The notes beneath the pieces are model-generated. The model had not been told where the DNA came from. It saw only the letters and a list, made by a program, of their open reading frames with translations, and did no database searches. The position numbers and the translations under genes were made by a program. A DNA stretch of 60,000 nt, from positions 15,192,001 through 15,252,000 of the forward strand of contig CM075989.1 of the NCBI GenBank assembly GCA_038087875.1. The letters are read 5' to 3'. Positions 11,660-24,820 of this stretch are shown piece by piece; position 1 is the first letter of the stretch; each line of letters starts with the position of its first letter. Source of the DNA: Malacoraja senta (Eukaryota).

Positions 11660-12012
11660 CTTAGAGATACAGCGTGGAAACATGTCCTTCGGCCCACTGA
11701 GTCTGTGTTGATCAGTGATCACCCCATTCACTAGTACTATTCTACACAATAGGGACAATTTATACTTTACATAAGCCAATTAACCGACAAACCTTCACAT
11801 CTTTGGAGTTTCAGAGGAAACTAGGGAAAACCCACATGGTCACAGGGAGAATGTACAAACTCTCTACAGACAGCAGATAGACACAAAATGCTGGAGTCAC
11901 TCAGTGGGTCAGGCAGGATCTCTGGAGATATAGACAGCAACCATTTCAGGTTCGAACCCGGGTCATTGGGGGTGTAAGGGCAGCAACTCTACCGCTGCAT
12001 CACTGTGCTGCT
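11660..12012 (-). mobile_element. tRNA-derived V-domain SINE (HE1-like) interrupted by a Penelope-like repeat piece (~11876-11950)
   Basis: Reverse B-box TTCGAACCCGGG, V-domain GAAAACCCACATGGTCACAGGGAGAATGTACAAACTC, CR1-like tail at left. Confidence 0.7.
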
Positions 12013-12324
12013 CCAGAGTTCCACAAAGAAGTTCCACAAAGGTCAGCCAATAACATCAGAGCACATGGAATTGGGATAATACACTGGCATAGACTGAGGA
12101 TTGGTTAACAGACAGACAGCAAAGAATAGGAATAAACAGGTTTCCTCAGAGTAGGAGGGTGTGATTATTAAGGTATCACTTATATTGGTGACGGGGCACT
12201 CGCCATTAATGATTTATATTAATAATTTGCCTGAAAGGACCACCAGATGTCATATTTCCAATCTGCTGATAATGCAAAATTAGGTACAGTTGTGAGCAGG
12301 ATGTACATAGGTTTTATAGATATA

Positions 12325-13053
12325 TTATTATGCTGATCATACCCATATTTGTTGGGATTGTCCCAAATTGTATCAATATTGGAGAGACATTCAGGCGGTG
12401 ATCAAGCTAATCTTGGGGGTGGATCTACCTCTGGAGCCGGCAGGCTTCATACTAGGAGAGACTCCAGAAAATATAGATACCAAAAATCAGACATACTTGC
12501 TTGGGGTGTTGCTGTTGATTGCAAAGAAGATGATTACAGTGTCATGGAGAAATGTAAAGCCACCAAATGCTCAACAGTGGAGGGAAAGACTGAAAAGTGT
12601 ATATTTGATGGAAAGCATAACAGCTAAACCAGTTAAGGACCAATGCTTTCAACATTATGTGGACACCGGTATTACTACAACTGCCAAGACTGATTAAGGA
12701 CACGATTTCTCCATAGCCCCAGTGGAGGGGAGGAGTTCGATTGGTACTGTATACGTGTATTTGGAACCATATGTACAGACATGATTGTGACTGTGTATAA
12801 GTGCATACATAGGGGCGATCAATGACAAAATAAGTTCTTCAAGTGGCATACAAGTGTCTGGTTTAACATAACGGGTGATTATATATTAAGTAGGATTAAA
12901 TATGATGAGCTTGCTTGGGTGCCTGTGAATGTGATGCTTCTGCGACAGAACTCTAGGATGATTTGATGTGATGCGGACAGCTGCTGTGTGATTTGTATAT
13001 CTTGTTTGTACGTGTACTTTGTCTTGTTAATAAATGTTGAGTGCAAAAAAAAA
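12325..13053 (+). mobile_element. L1/Tx1-type LINE 3' end inserted in an old CR1
   Basis: Peptide WRDIQAVIKLILGVDLPLEP..LLLIAKKMITVSW..QWRERLKSVYLME typical of L1-clade ORF2 C-terminus; AATAAA at 13029 followed by A8. Confidence 0.75.
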
Positions 13054-13300
13054 GCTAAATGAATTGGTGAAGACATGTCTGAAAGAGTATGTTGTAGGAA
13101 AATACGAGGTCATCCTCTACTATACAAAACAGAAATAGGAACAAATTGAAAAATCTTAATGTTCAAAGGGACCTTAATGAGCTTGCCCTCTCTGGCCTTT
13201 ATCATTAGAAAGATTAAGTATAGGAGTAAAGAAATCTTACAGTAATCATATAGCTGAGTTACTCCAGCTATTAGTGAAACCATACCTGGAGGATAATGTA

Positions 13301-13472
13301 TTAATGTTTAAGAAGGAACTGCAGATGCTAGAACATCAAAGGTAGACAAAAATGCTGGAGAAGCTCAGCGGGTGAGGCAGCATCTATGGAGCGAAGGAAA
13401 TAGGAAACGTTGCCTATTTCCTTCCCTCCATAGATGCTGCCTCACCCGCTGAGTTTCTCCAGCATTTTTGTC
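13301..13472. mobile_element. Fold-back Penelope-like non-coding insertion
   Basis: ~65-bp inverted arms centred on AAACGTT; 18-bp direct repeat TACCTGGAGGATAATGTA at 13283-13300 and 13473-13490. Confidence 0.85.
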
Positions 13473-14411
13473 TACCTGGAGGATAATGTAAAGCTTTGCT
13501 CTTCTTACCAAAAAAAGGTTTTACTTGAGATATAGTGAGTATGGACAAGATGTTTCAATAGATTGGTTCCGAGGATAATGAGTTTGCTTCATGAGATTGA
13601 ATAAATTCAGCCTCTATTCTCTAGAAATTAGAAGAATGAGAGATGATCTCATTAAAACTTACAAAGTTCAACAGAGTGGATGCAGGGCTTTGTTTCCTTT
13701 GTCTGGAACCAAGTGCCACAGAATATAGGGTTGGCGGTTTAGGATTTAGCCCAAGGCCTGTGATATTAATTAAAACAACTTCATCACCATTCTAACTAAA
13801 ATCAACTGTCAGAGTAGATTGGATTTCAATATTGGGCTTTCATATGTCTACAGCTCATTGAATGAGTAATGAATCAGTGAAGGGCCATTAAATCAACCAT
13901 GTTTCCAATTCAGACAAAACTAAAAAACAACACTTTGGAAGCACTGTGCAAGGAAGTTAGCATTTGTGCACAGAAAGGGCCGTTTACGTCTTGGACAAGG
14001 ATTCTATCAATCTCTTTCTTAATTTAAAATATTTTAGATCACCTCTCATTTCCCTTTGTCCTGGGTCTTTTCAGCCAATTCAACTTTTCCCTCTAGGTAT
14101 ATTGCTTTAAATTCTACATCATTGTCTAAATCCTTCTGCAGTGCATATTAGACTGGATTCTGCACCTTAATGTTTCTGAAAATATATAGCATGCAATATA
14201 GCTACAGTGTTTACCTACATAACCATTCTACTTCTAATTTATAGTATGATAAGCAATAGGTTTTTAAAGTTCTTCTAAGCTATAAAATGCAAGCTAAATG
14301 CAAATCTATTTCATATGAACAATTTTAATGACTCTAACAGAATCTCCAAGAACATTTGTGAAAAATCATCAGAAAGATTTACATTTCAAAAATATCTTGC
14401 TTCCTTGGAAG

Positions 14412-14568
14412 TGGGAAGGAACTGCAGATGCTGGTTTATAGGTGACGTTTTGGGGTCATGACCCTTCTTCAGTCTGAAGAAGGTTCCCGACACGAAATGT
14501 CACCAATCCATGTTCTCCAGAGTTGCTGCCTGATCCACTGAGTTACTCCTGCACTTTGTGTCTTTCTT
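14412..14568. mobile_element. Fold-back Penelope-like insertion with back-to-back hammerhead-like cores
   Basis: Centre ...GACCCTTCTTCAG TCTGAAGAAGGTTCCCGACACGAAATGTCACC. Confidence 0.75.
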
Positions 14569-15157
14569 TCTTCTGACTTCTTGGATTGTCGGAATTAATT
14601 GTACTAAACATGGACAGCTGCACAAGTTACAGTTCGGCAGTGTTAACATTCGCTTCACAGTCAAATGATTGAGAATTTCAAAATGTTTGACCTCTGAATC
14701 TATTCTCATGGCGTGTCTCAACAGTTCTCAATTTTTAGAGAGTTTAATAATGCATTTGTGGAAGTATGCCACTTCAAATGCCACAATGAGGAGCATCTAA
14801 CATTGTTTACTTTATTCAAAATTAGGAATAACTGTGGGAAACTTGGATCTACAAATGTATCTGTCTATTTTTCAAGTATTACTCATCTCCTAAAAGCTCT
14901 AAAGTAACTGTGAATTCTTTTAACATCAGTTAAAAAACACTAGCAAGCTCCCTTGTGAAACATTATTCTATTTCAAGATCACTGTGCTTTAACAGTTGAA
15001 TTTCCAGCATTGGTAGCACCATTCCTCACAGTACTGGTGTTTGGATGCAGAGTAAACTTCAGTGGTAACTAAACACAAGTGCCAATTCTCTCAGGGTCAA
15101 AGTCACATTCATTGTCTGAAATCTTATCTCAGAATCCTTCGAGGCTGCCTCAGTTGT

Positions 15158-15478
15158 GTTTAGTTTAGTTTAGAGATACAGTGTGGAAACAGGCCCTTCC
15201 TCTGACCGTGTGCACGCCAACCATCGATCACCCGTATATTACTTCCATGTTATCCCACTTTCGCATTGTACACACTAGGGGAATTTACAGAAGCTAATTA
15301 ATCTGCAAACTTGCATGTCTTTGGAATGTGGGAGGAAACCGGAGCACCCAGAGAAAATCCACATGGTCACAGGAAGAACATAGAAACCCTACACAAACAG
15401 CACCCAATGTCAGGATCAAACCCAGGTCCCTGGTGTTATGAGACAGCAGCTCTGTCGTGGCAGCATTGTGCCACCCTT
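15158..15478 (-). mobile_element. tRNA-derived V-domain SINE (HE1-like), near full length
   Basis: (GTTTA)n tail, GTGGGAGGAAACCGGAGCACCC V-domain, reverse B-box GGATCAAACCC and head TGTGCCACC. Confidence 0.8.
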
Positions 15479-16029
15479 TATGTTATTGCCTATTTTGTAT
15501 TTAGCTGCTCACGACAGCTTTGCAAGGAATGTTTTACCATCAAAGTGGGTAGCTCCTATTATTGGTAAATATTATTTTTGCAACCATGCTTGGAAGGGAC
15601 ATTTGACTACAGTTCAAATTTCTCAAAAAATAGCAGGGAATACTCAAGCCTCAATGATTTCAAGCATGGGAAATCCTTTGTGTGCTCTCTATAAATGAAT
15701 CGAGGCCAACAGAAAGGTTCAAAATCATCACGTTTAGCACATGTTTAAGATACATGTTGAAGATGTCCCATCCACACTCAGTCCCGAACCAATATTTAGA
15801 GATGGCTCTGATTTTCATAGGTCGGAAGTTATTTAAGCTTCACTAATTCTGTTTAACTCTAGGTGCCATGGCCAAGCTGTGCTTTATAAGTTCATAAGTG
15901 ATAGGAGCAGAATTATGCCATTCGACCCATCTAGTCTACTCCGCTATTCAATCATGGCTGATCTATCTCTCTCCCCTAAACCCATTCTCCTGCCCTCTCC
16001 CCATAACCTATTTATTGGGAATTAATTTA

Positions 16030-16335
16030 CAGAAAATTCGAGTATTAATATTTTCATGGCTATGAGAGCAATACTAGATGAGTATAATTTTCAAAATGTA
16101 ATACTAGGGGGGGGACTTTAACTGTGTTATAGATTCATATTTAGACAAATCAATAAAATTAAGGAAGGGTAGTGTTAAATCCAAGTCTAGTGAATTCTTA
16201 AACACATATATAAAAAACACTAATATAACAGATGTATGGAGAATAGTTAATCCAACCGGAAAGGAATACTCGTTTTACTCATCAGTATACAAAACTTATT
16301 CAAGAATTGATTATTTCTTAGTGCATACAAAATTC
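16030..16335 (+). mobile_element. L1-clade APE endonuclease fragment
   Basis: Translates to VILGG(D)FNCVIDSYLDKS ... DVWRIVNPTGKEYSFYSSVYKTYSRIDYFLV. Confidence 0.8.
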
Positions 16336-16464
16336 TAGACACATCCATTGTCAGATTGTACAGTTTATTTATCTATCTAAAGCATCTGAGTAACACCCCA
16401 CATCCCCAAACAAACAATCTATGAAGTGTAAAGGTATATAAAACAATTATATTATAAGATTTTT

Positions 16465-16705
16465 AAGACAACTGCAGATGCAGGTTTAAAAAAAAAAGAT
16501 ACAAAGTGGGGGTATAACTCAGTGGGTCATTTCAGGTTGGGATACTTCTTCAGATTCAAGGTGGCCTCAGTCTGAAGAAGGATCCCGACCTGAAACATCA
16601 CTATCCATATTACTCCAGAGATGCATTGCTGCCCGGCCTGCTGAGTTACACCAGGTGTCTTTTATTCCCAACAATTGTGTCTTTTCCCAACACTTTGTGT
16701 CTTTT
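16465..16705. mobile_element. Fold-back Penelope-like insertion
   Basis: AACTGCAGATG..AACTCAG arm, then CAGTCTGAAGAAGGATCCCGACCTGAAACATCACT core at 16568-16602. Confidence 0.7.
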
Positions 16706-16737
16706 ATTCCCAACAATTGTTATTTGGCAATGAACAT

Positions 16738-16921
16738 TTTTTTAAATATATTTCAAAATTGACTTTATTCAAGTAATAAATATGTACAATACATGTACTG
16801 TGCAAAAAACGTCATCTGACATTCTCAGAGGCTATGCATACGCACCAAATCACAATTTTACCCCACATTCTTGCCCCTCACGTGGCCCACAGGTGTGAAA
16901 TCCATTCCCCTATTTTGAGGG
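16738..16921 (-). mobile_element. Short retroposed 3' fragment (L1/Tx1-like) with TSD
   Basis: T-run and reverse AATAAA at left; AATGAACAT duplicated at 16729-16737 and 16922-16930. Confidence 0.6.
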
Positions 16922-18413
16922 AATGAACATGCATAATGCCTCAGGACATTGTGAGGAAGTGAGCACTGCAGATCCAAATATGGTCGCTAATACCTACTTG
17001 TGTATAGGTATTCACTCATGTAGGTACCTCGAACAGAATGTGTCTCTATAAGGCAATGTATTCTAAATACCAGCATCTGTGATGCACTGATAACACTCCT
17101 GTGCATTGTGGAATAAAAATGCAGCATTGTTTTATATTTTCAGATTTTGAAAAATCTTAGATTGAAGAGGGAACATAGTAGTAGTTGATACTTCACACAG
17201 ACACATCTGTATGACTTAAATTATGATCATGATTATTACCTGGTATACCAGAATTCAAGGCTTTAACTAAATTAACTAATATTTTATAACAAAAGCAAAT
17301 CATTAACTAGTTTTAACAGAACTACTACTAACATTTCTTCTAATTGCATTAATAATACATGATAAAACACTAGATTGTTATAATGTCCATTGCCTCTTTT
17401 TAGTGAACATTACTTGACTTCAGGTTATTCTTTGCGTGGGTCAGAATCTGAAACATATTGAAACAAAATCAAGATTAAATAATATAGTTGCAAAGCATCT
17501 TACATGGCTATTTTTAGTTGTTAATCTTGGCTGGTTGATATCTATGAGAAGAATGTTGCTGTTTTTGGCTATAACATGTCCTTTGTAAAGCTGTCACTGT
17601 CTGTCCTTGGCATTGATGCTTCTATTAAAAAATAATAAATCCTGGTTCCCCATCATTTACATTTGGATTCAGTTTCTTCAGAACTGTGTTTCCTTACTCC
17701 ATATTGGATCATCTTTTGCAAGATAATTGGCTATAAATATTCTTACCCTGTTATTATTTGGGACAATTCATGAGAACAAACATAAAGCTACATAGGTATT
17801 CTCTCCTTTTAGATGACATAACTTAACCATCTGATTAAGTCATTCTGTATGTCCTGCCTACCCTTTGAATTTAATACAAATCCTTTGTTGTTCTCTGTAG
17901 TTGACGATGGATGAATGTATATTTTTTTCCTGTTGGTTAATAATTGAGGCAGTTGCTTGGACATATGCATGATCTAAAAACATTCTTCAGCAGACTCGGA
18001 GAAGAGTTTAAAATTAAATAGTTACGCCAGTTACCTTTATCATCCAGATGTATCTTTATGACAATCCAGTAGTTAGGTACTGAAACCAGCTGTTTTGGTA
18101 TTCCAGATGACATTTAATCATCTTGTTGCAGTCCATAAATGGGCTGCCATCTACCTCTAGAAAACAAATACCACAGCATCTATTATAACCTTCTTGCCAC
18201 AACTGTGTGGGAATCCTTAACTATTCATATTCTGGTGGTTGGGTATAGGCTACCGACATTTTTTTTTTTTGAGTCATTGATTAGATGTAGACATAGCTAG
18301 TAATGTCAGCATTCATTGCCCATCCCGAGTTGGACCAAACTAAGGAAACAGTTAAGAGTCAAGCACATTGCCACAGTCATATTTAAGCCAGATCAGGTAA
18401 GGATGGTATATTA

Positions 18414-18623
18414 AGTGTTTAAGAAGGAACTGCAGATGCTGGAAAATCCCAGGTACACAAAAATGCTGGAGAAACTCAGCAGGTGCAGCAGCATCTATGG
18501 AGCGAAGGAAATAGGCAACTTTTCGGGCAGAAACCCAAGGGTTTCGGCCCTAAACGTTGCCTATTTCCTTCGCTCCATAGATGCTGCTGCACCCACTGAG
18601 TTTCTCCAGCATTTTTGTGTACC
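18414..18623. mobile_element. Fold-back Penelope-like non-coding insertion
   Basis: ~85-bp inverted arms; 15-bp direct repeat AAGGATGGTATATTA at 18399-18413 and 18624-18638. Confidence 0.87.
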
Positions 18624-19511
18624 AAGGATGGTATATTACACGTCCTTCCCTGAAGGGTTTATCATCTAGATGTGACTTTATGACAATCCAGTAGTTAGTC
18701 AGGCATTATGGTGATTTCCGATCACATTTAATCATAGCTGCTTTGGTAACATCCAGACTCACAATAAATGCTCCAGTCCGAAGGCTGCTACTCCAGTAAC
18801 TAAATAACTCTGTTACCATATCACTCATTTGCTAAATTAAATGTAGAAGAGCAATCTGGTGTTAGACTCAACAGTAATGCAAAAACATTCTCACAAATAT
18901 TTTATTATTTGATTGCATTAAATTTCACATGATTTGTTGTACTTATAAATTATGCAACCATGCAAACACTGGGGATGAACATTCCAGCTGGAATTTCTAT
19001 TATTTAACCATGTAGAAAAAAATTAAGTTGTCCCGCACACAGTTAGATTCAGGAAGCCTTTATTTTGTTTGCCTGCATTATCAGAAAAGATTATTAGACT
19101 ATAATTAACATTAACCTTAAAGAACAAAAGGAAGTTCTTTACTAGTTTGGCAAAACGAACTGTGAATATTTTCCACAATGCAATAAACAAAACATAATAG
19201 CATATGTTTATTGTTCAACTTCCAATTATCCAAGTTTTTATGAGCAATTCTTTCATTACTTGAATTTAAAAAAAATTTGATAGGTGATCTAATTTTATTT
19301 ATTGTCTCCAACATAATCCATCTCATATTAAAGTCTGAGTTCTGAAATTTCAAAGATCAACACATATTACACATTAAAATGGAATGGTTAAGGTAATCCT
19401 TTTGCCTTGGGATTTGAATTTAAGCAATGTGCATTAAGTGATTCATCTCAAGGGAGTGCAACCAAGCTCTGCTAATGTCACTGTCTGTAAACACAATCTA
19501 ATTAGAATGTT

Positions 19512-19691
19512 GAAACAAGGAACTGCAGATGCTGTTTACAAGAGAAGACACAAAGTGCTGGAGTAACTCAGCGGGTTAGACAATATCTCTGGAAAATATG
19601 GATAGGTGTCGCTTTGGGTCCTGACCCGAAACATCACTATCCATGTTTAACAGGGACGCTGCCTGACTCACTGACTTACTCCAGGACTTTG
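19512..19691. mobile_element. Fold-back Penelope-like non-coding insertion
   Basis: Inverted arms around GGGTCCTGACCCGAAAC; 15-bp direct repeat TCTAATTAGAATGTT at 19497-19511 and 19692-19706. Confidence 0.82.
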
Positions 19692-21364
19692 TCTAATTAG
19701 AATGTTTCTGATTGGTATCTCAAGTTGATGAAATGATAAAAATTGTGTGAGTCCTGCTCTGTTTTAACTCACCAAAATGCAACACCCCACACTTGTCCCA
19801 GTTAAATTCCATCTGCCATTCCTTGGCTCACTTCCCCAATTCATCCAGATCTTGTTATAATCTTAGAAAACCTTCTTCACTGTCCATTACATAACCAATT
19901 TTGGTGGCATCTGCAAACTTGTTAACTCTTTTAACAACATTGTCATCTAATTTGTTAATTAATATAACTAACGGACAACAGTGGACCGAGCAGGAATCTC
20001 ATTGGAACATCACTGGTCAAAAGCCTTCAATATGAATAACAAACCTCCATCTACACCCTCAGTCTCTTTCCATCAAGCCGATTTTGCACTACTTGGCCAT
20101 CTTACCCTGGATCCTATGTGGTCTAACCATGTGATTTGGCTTGTCGATCTGGCCTTCCCCAAGAAGCAGATGTGCATCACAATTCCTGGGTGAGATCAAC
20201 ATATTCCAGCATGCAAAGATAACTAGAGGATTATCTGATTTTGTTCCAGCACCCTGACTCAGCACTCATGGCTCTTCGCCTTTGCATTAACTTGGACCAG
20301 GTGTGGAAAACTGAATAGATGACTGTCCACTCCTGGAAGTTAATTAGGTAACATTGTGCAGTCAGGTCAACTGAGCCTCACTTGTGTAGCATTGAGGCCC
20401 CACTTCTGACAGTCTTTGATAAGAGAAAGGAGTTGTGTGTGGGAGACACAGGGAGTGAAGCCTTAAAGCAGGGAGACCAACTATTAAAAATCGCTGTAAA
20501 TAGATTATAAACTAAAAAAATAAATTTAAACACATCAAAACACAGTAAAATAAAAAATAAAGATCAACTTCAGGAAGGGAATTTTAATGTAATTTTAATG
20601 TAAATAATTGTGATTCCTATCTTATACCAAGAATATTGAAGGGACACAGAAGATTCTCCCTTGAAATGCTACATAATTCTTGTACCTCAGGCCCCCTGGA
20701 TCTCATGCACTGATATTTCATTGATCACCGTACTTCTGCACATGACAATAAACTCAACTTGACTTACTGATATCTTGCACACAGCTCGTCCTCAAAAGTG
20801 GAGCCTTAGCTGTGCACTGATTCAGTCCTTGTCACTGTTGCGATACCACCCCACTCATGGGGGACAGGCAGTCCAAAATGATCAGCAACACAACCCGACC
20901 CATTGCCCTAATGAACGGCGAGCCAGATTTAGGGATCCTATTCCTGCTTCTATCTTCTTATGTGAATCGTGTTAAATCATGTATTTTTCCTTTCTCTAAT
21001 TTTTTTGACTAATATTGACATCTACTGCTAAAGAAATAATGTTGATGAACCATATAAATATGTCAACAAATTTCTTGTCCCCTTAAGTTACCAAAAATAC
21101 ATTAAACAAACCTTTTTGTGATAATTCTCGCTCCAATTTTCTGTTCTACCTGGGAATAAGGAGAACAAATTTGTAAACATTGTACTTTAGGAATTGAACC
21201 ATTCATGAAAATAGCTTGTGCGCTGCTGAGCCTTACAAAGTATTATATGATCAGACAATTTATTAAATCCCTGTCATAATTTATTCAATTTCAGGTTATG
21301 TATCTGTCCAAACTTGATATCTCTCCCAAAATGCAGAGCACCAGAGTGATGATGTATGATTAAG

Positions 21365-21500
21365 TATGATACGATACAACTTTATTTATCCCAGGAGGGA
21401 AATTGATCTGCCAACAGTCATAAAACACAAGATACATGAAACATGAAATTAAAGTGATGAGTGGAAAGGATTTGGGATGTGGAAAGATTGGGGGGGGGAA
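21365..21500 (-). mobile_element. 3' end fragment of Rex1/Babar-type LINE
   Basis: Near-identical to 29588-29730 (GATACGAT..AACTTTATTTATCCCAGGAG.GAAATTGATCTGCCAACAGTCATAAAA). Confidence 0.8.
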
Positions 21501-22759
21501 GAGTGTCATCCCCTCTCCACAACTTGAGTAGTTGTAGAGTGGAATGATTTTGGACTTAGGTAGAATCTGAAGGATCTTCCTTCAAATTCAGGCCACATAC
21601 CCTTAAGACATGGTTAAGAAATGAACTGAGATTAATTCCTAAATGAATATACAGGAATTCTCACACAAATTGCAGTTATGGTTCACTCAAATTCTCCAAG
21701 CCCTATAGTCTGTTTCAGATGTCTATTTATTCTGTGAAATTAATGAATGAAAGCTCACTTTTGCAAACATCAAGCAACAACATCTAAAATATTGGACAAT
21801 TTAAACATGCTCTTTATATGAATATTGTGTAAAAATGATCCTAATTTATGTAATCAGTTCATTGCTGAATGATATCATCTACACTGGTAATGGAAAGAAA
21901 ATTATTTTTAAACTATGATAGTGAATCTCCTGTGGCTTTGCTTATAGGTGGAACATAACGATGCCTCTCTTCCTTGAGTGCTTTATCTCAGGTGACAACA
22001 TTATACAGCACTGCAGGAATGACGCATTGCCCTTCATATGAAACATTAAATTGAGGTTTGGTCTGTCTATTACAGTTATTTAAGGGGATGCTTAAGATCC
22101 TATGGGAATACTCAACATAGAGCAGTGAGTTATCTCATTGTTCTGATGAATCTCCCTTCCTTAATCAATATCTTGTTATTGCAGCATGGCATTTGCTAAA
22201 ATAACAACATTATATTTCAAAGTAATTTATTTTACATGGAGCACTTTAAGTTAATTCAAAATGAGAGGATGCTAATTTAGGTCATTATTTCTCTACCATT
22301 TTCTTTTACTTCCTTCTCTCTGTGTTTATATTCTGCTCTTATTGTCCTCTCTCCCTCTCCCTCTCTCTCTAAGTTGTTATTATGCATTTAATATTTGTGT
22401 TCTCTCGTTGTGGGAAATTGATTGGATTATATACAGCCTCCAGAGCAGGCATACTCACTGCACCTCTGAAATTCAGCATGCCACTAAATTTGTCTGAACT
22501 GGGGGTCTGCACCTTGAAACCAGGTTTGCGCTCAGTCTAGAAGGCCATTTTTGCAAATACTGAAGTGGCTATAGCATGGCATGACCAATAAAGCTTGCAG
22601 AATTTAATTAGGATCTTAATATCTGGAAGAGGATGCTGACATAAATATGCTCATTCTTTCAAGGGTTTGGTGAATTTTTCAGGCAGAGCATTGACTATAT
22701 CGCTCCAGGTCTCTGAAGTAAACAGAAAGGTGGGGTAATTGCTGCCCAGTCAACCAAAC

Positions 22760-23330
22760 CACTGTACTGGGTTTAAGGTCTTGGTCTTCATACACTGCTT
22801 TTTCCTCAGACATGCAAACGCTGTGCTGACAATCATCAATTTTATAATCTATGAATGCCGTTGTTCAGAGAAAGCGGTCCATATATACAAGATGTAGAAA
22901 GCCGTCCATGTTCTTGAGGATCCCATTGCAGGTCTTTATTATTGTAAGGTAGTGGTGCACAGTTGGGATAGTTTGACGATGGTCCTTTGCAGATTTTAAA
23001 TATAAAGCACATTCTCTCATATGTGTCAGCGAACAACAATACGGCTTGGAGCTTGTCCTGTGAATGTGGGCATGTGGAACATTATCTGTGCACTATAGCT
23101 CGGTAATGGGAATTGGATGGTTCTGGAGTGGAAGTGGTGATGGTTGGAAAGTTTCTCATTTGTCCCATGGATTAGCTCCATTCCATGGGGACCTGAGAAG
23201 CACCATTGCATCAAGAAGATTAAGAAAAGTATTGGGGCATCGATGCAGCTTGGCTGGACACCAGTCTGAACTGAAAGTACTTTGCAATATACATAAAATA
23301 GAAAAGTGGAGAAATGGTGTATTGCGACTC
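22760..23330 (-). mobile_element. Ancient RTE-clade LINE fragment
   Basis: Broken minus-strand peptides GMELIHGTNEKLSN..HSRT and STAFACLRK..YEDQDLKPST resemble RTE RT and C-terminal motifs. Confidence 0.55.
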
Positions 23331-24820
23331 AGATCAGTAAATCCACCCACCTGAATAAACGGAAATATTTGTCCAATTTGCAGCAGTCTGCCACACCAGA
23401 TCAGCTTCATCAGCTATCTTCAGACCCAAAGATGAGACGTGCCTTGGGAGACAATTATACTTGACCATGAGAGAATGATGATGATTGATTAATTAATGGA
23501 ACTGTAAGAATATTACCAAGACATAATAGCTGACATTTCCCAGATTGAAATGCATTTACAATGATATCCACATCATTGACTAGACACTAACTGCCATACA
23601 TCGCCCTTGTGCAGCTCAATCAGATTCTGCATCAGATGCCCTTATAATGATGTTATTCCCCATACAACTCTTGTTTAGATTGCTGCCAGGAAAAATTAGG
23701 TCACATTGTTCTGAAGCGTGCCCGTTGTTAGGTACACACATCCCAGCCAGGTTTTAACAGCATTTCTTGTTCTGCAGCATCGTGATACAAAAGGGAGACC
23801 CTCTGGCAGGTCCCAGCCGGATGTATGCACCTTAATTCAGATAATCCTCATTAATTTGTATATGCATTGCATATATTAGTTTTATAATTCATGCCGATTA
23901 CCTGTGCTGAAAATGAAGAAATGTTTATGTCATTGCTGCAATGTGTTTGACATATGAAGCTAATCTTCAAATGGCCAGTTTTGTTTAGTCTCGTCAGTTA
24001 TCAGATATGGCTATATTCAGTGTGATCTTTTGAACTCCAAAAAAGATACACAAATTGAAAACATGTGAAACACACACAAATTTCATTGATGCAGTTGGTT
24101 ATTTTGTTAATTAAGCATTAGGCAACTAACTGATCATGGCAGCTGGTTGTTATTACTAAAGTCCCTGGGCCTATATAAAGCCAAATTCATTCCTTTCCCA
24201 TGTTTTAAAATATATTTCCTAAAAGAATGACAAAGGGACACAGCACTGATACATTCCAGGTAAAAGCAGTTTGTTTTCAAAGCAGCTCTTATAATGGAAT
24301 TATATTAGACTCACTGCACTAAATAGAGCTTCATAGCTTTGAAATGAATCAAGGATGTAACCCCTATATTTACGTATATCGGTAGCAATCCTTGAACATA
24401 CCAGAAATGATGACCAAAATAAAACAGGGGAAGGGAGGGTGGCTGACATACTGACAACGCTGCTTGCAATACCTTCATTGAGACTTCTCTCTCACACTTG
24501 GGAGTCAAAGTTACAACTTCAGTCAGGTGTCAGGAGGGGGGCACATGAGAACATAATACACCTCCAAAAACACAACACTATGTCCTGATCCTGGGACAGT
24601 TCCGAATTTCCTCACCTGAGCAATTCTTGCCCTCTGCCTGATTCCTTTAAATCAACAGTTTTGAAGGCTGGCGGAAGTTCTATTCCCTCGTGACATTGCT
24701 GAGAACATTTCCACAATGACAGGACCTGCAATATGGCAGTCCCAAGGGAATATGATGTTCTTCCACTGGATGTTTACTAAAACTAAGGAGTAGACCATAA
24801 AACTAAGGAGTAGACCATAA

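Noticed and set aside
11940..11965. tRNA-like B-box motifs here and at 15415, 40410, 43560, 46725
   Set aside because: They are SINE heads, no complete cloverleaf
22842..23410. Cluster of minus-strand ORFs as a novel gene
   Set aside because: Pieces resemble frameshifted RTE LINE reverse transcriptase
23560..24770. Unique-looking sequence possibly coding or an old element
   Set aside because: No sustained ORF or recognisable motif in the frames I translated; cannot support a call
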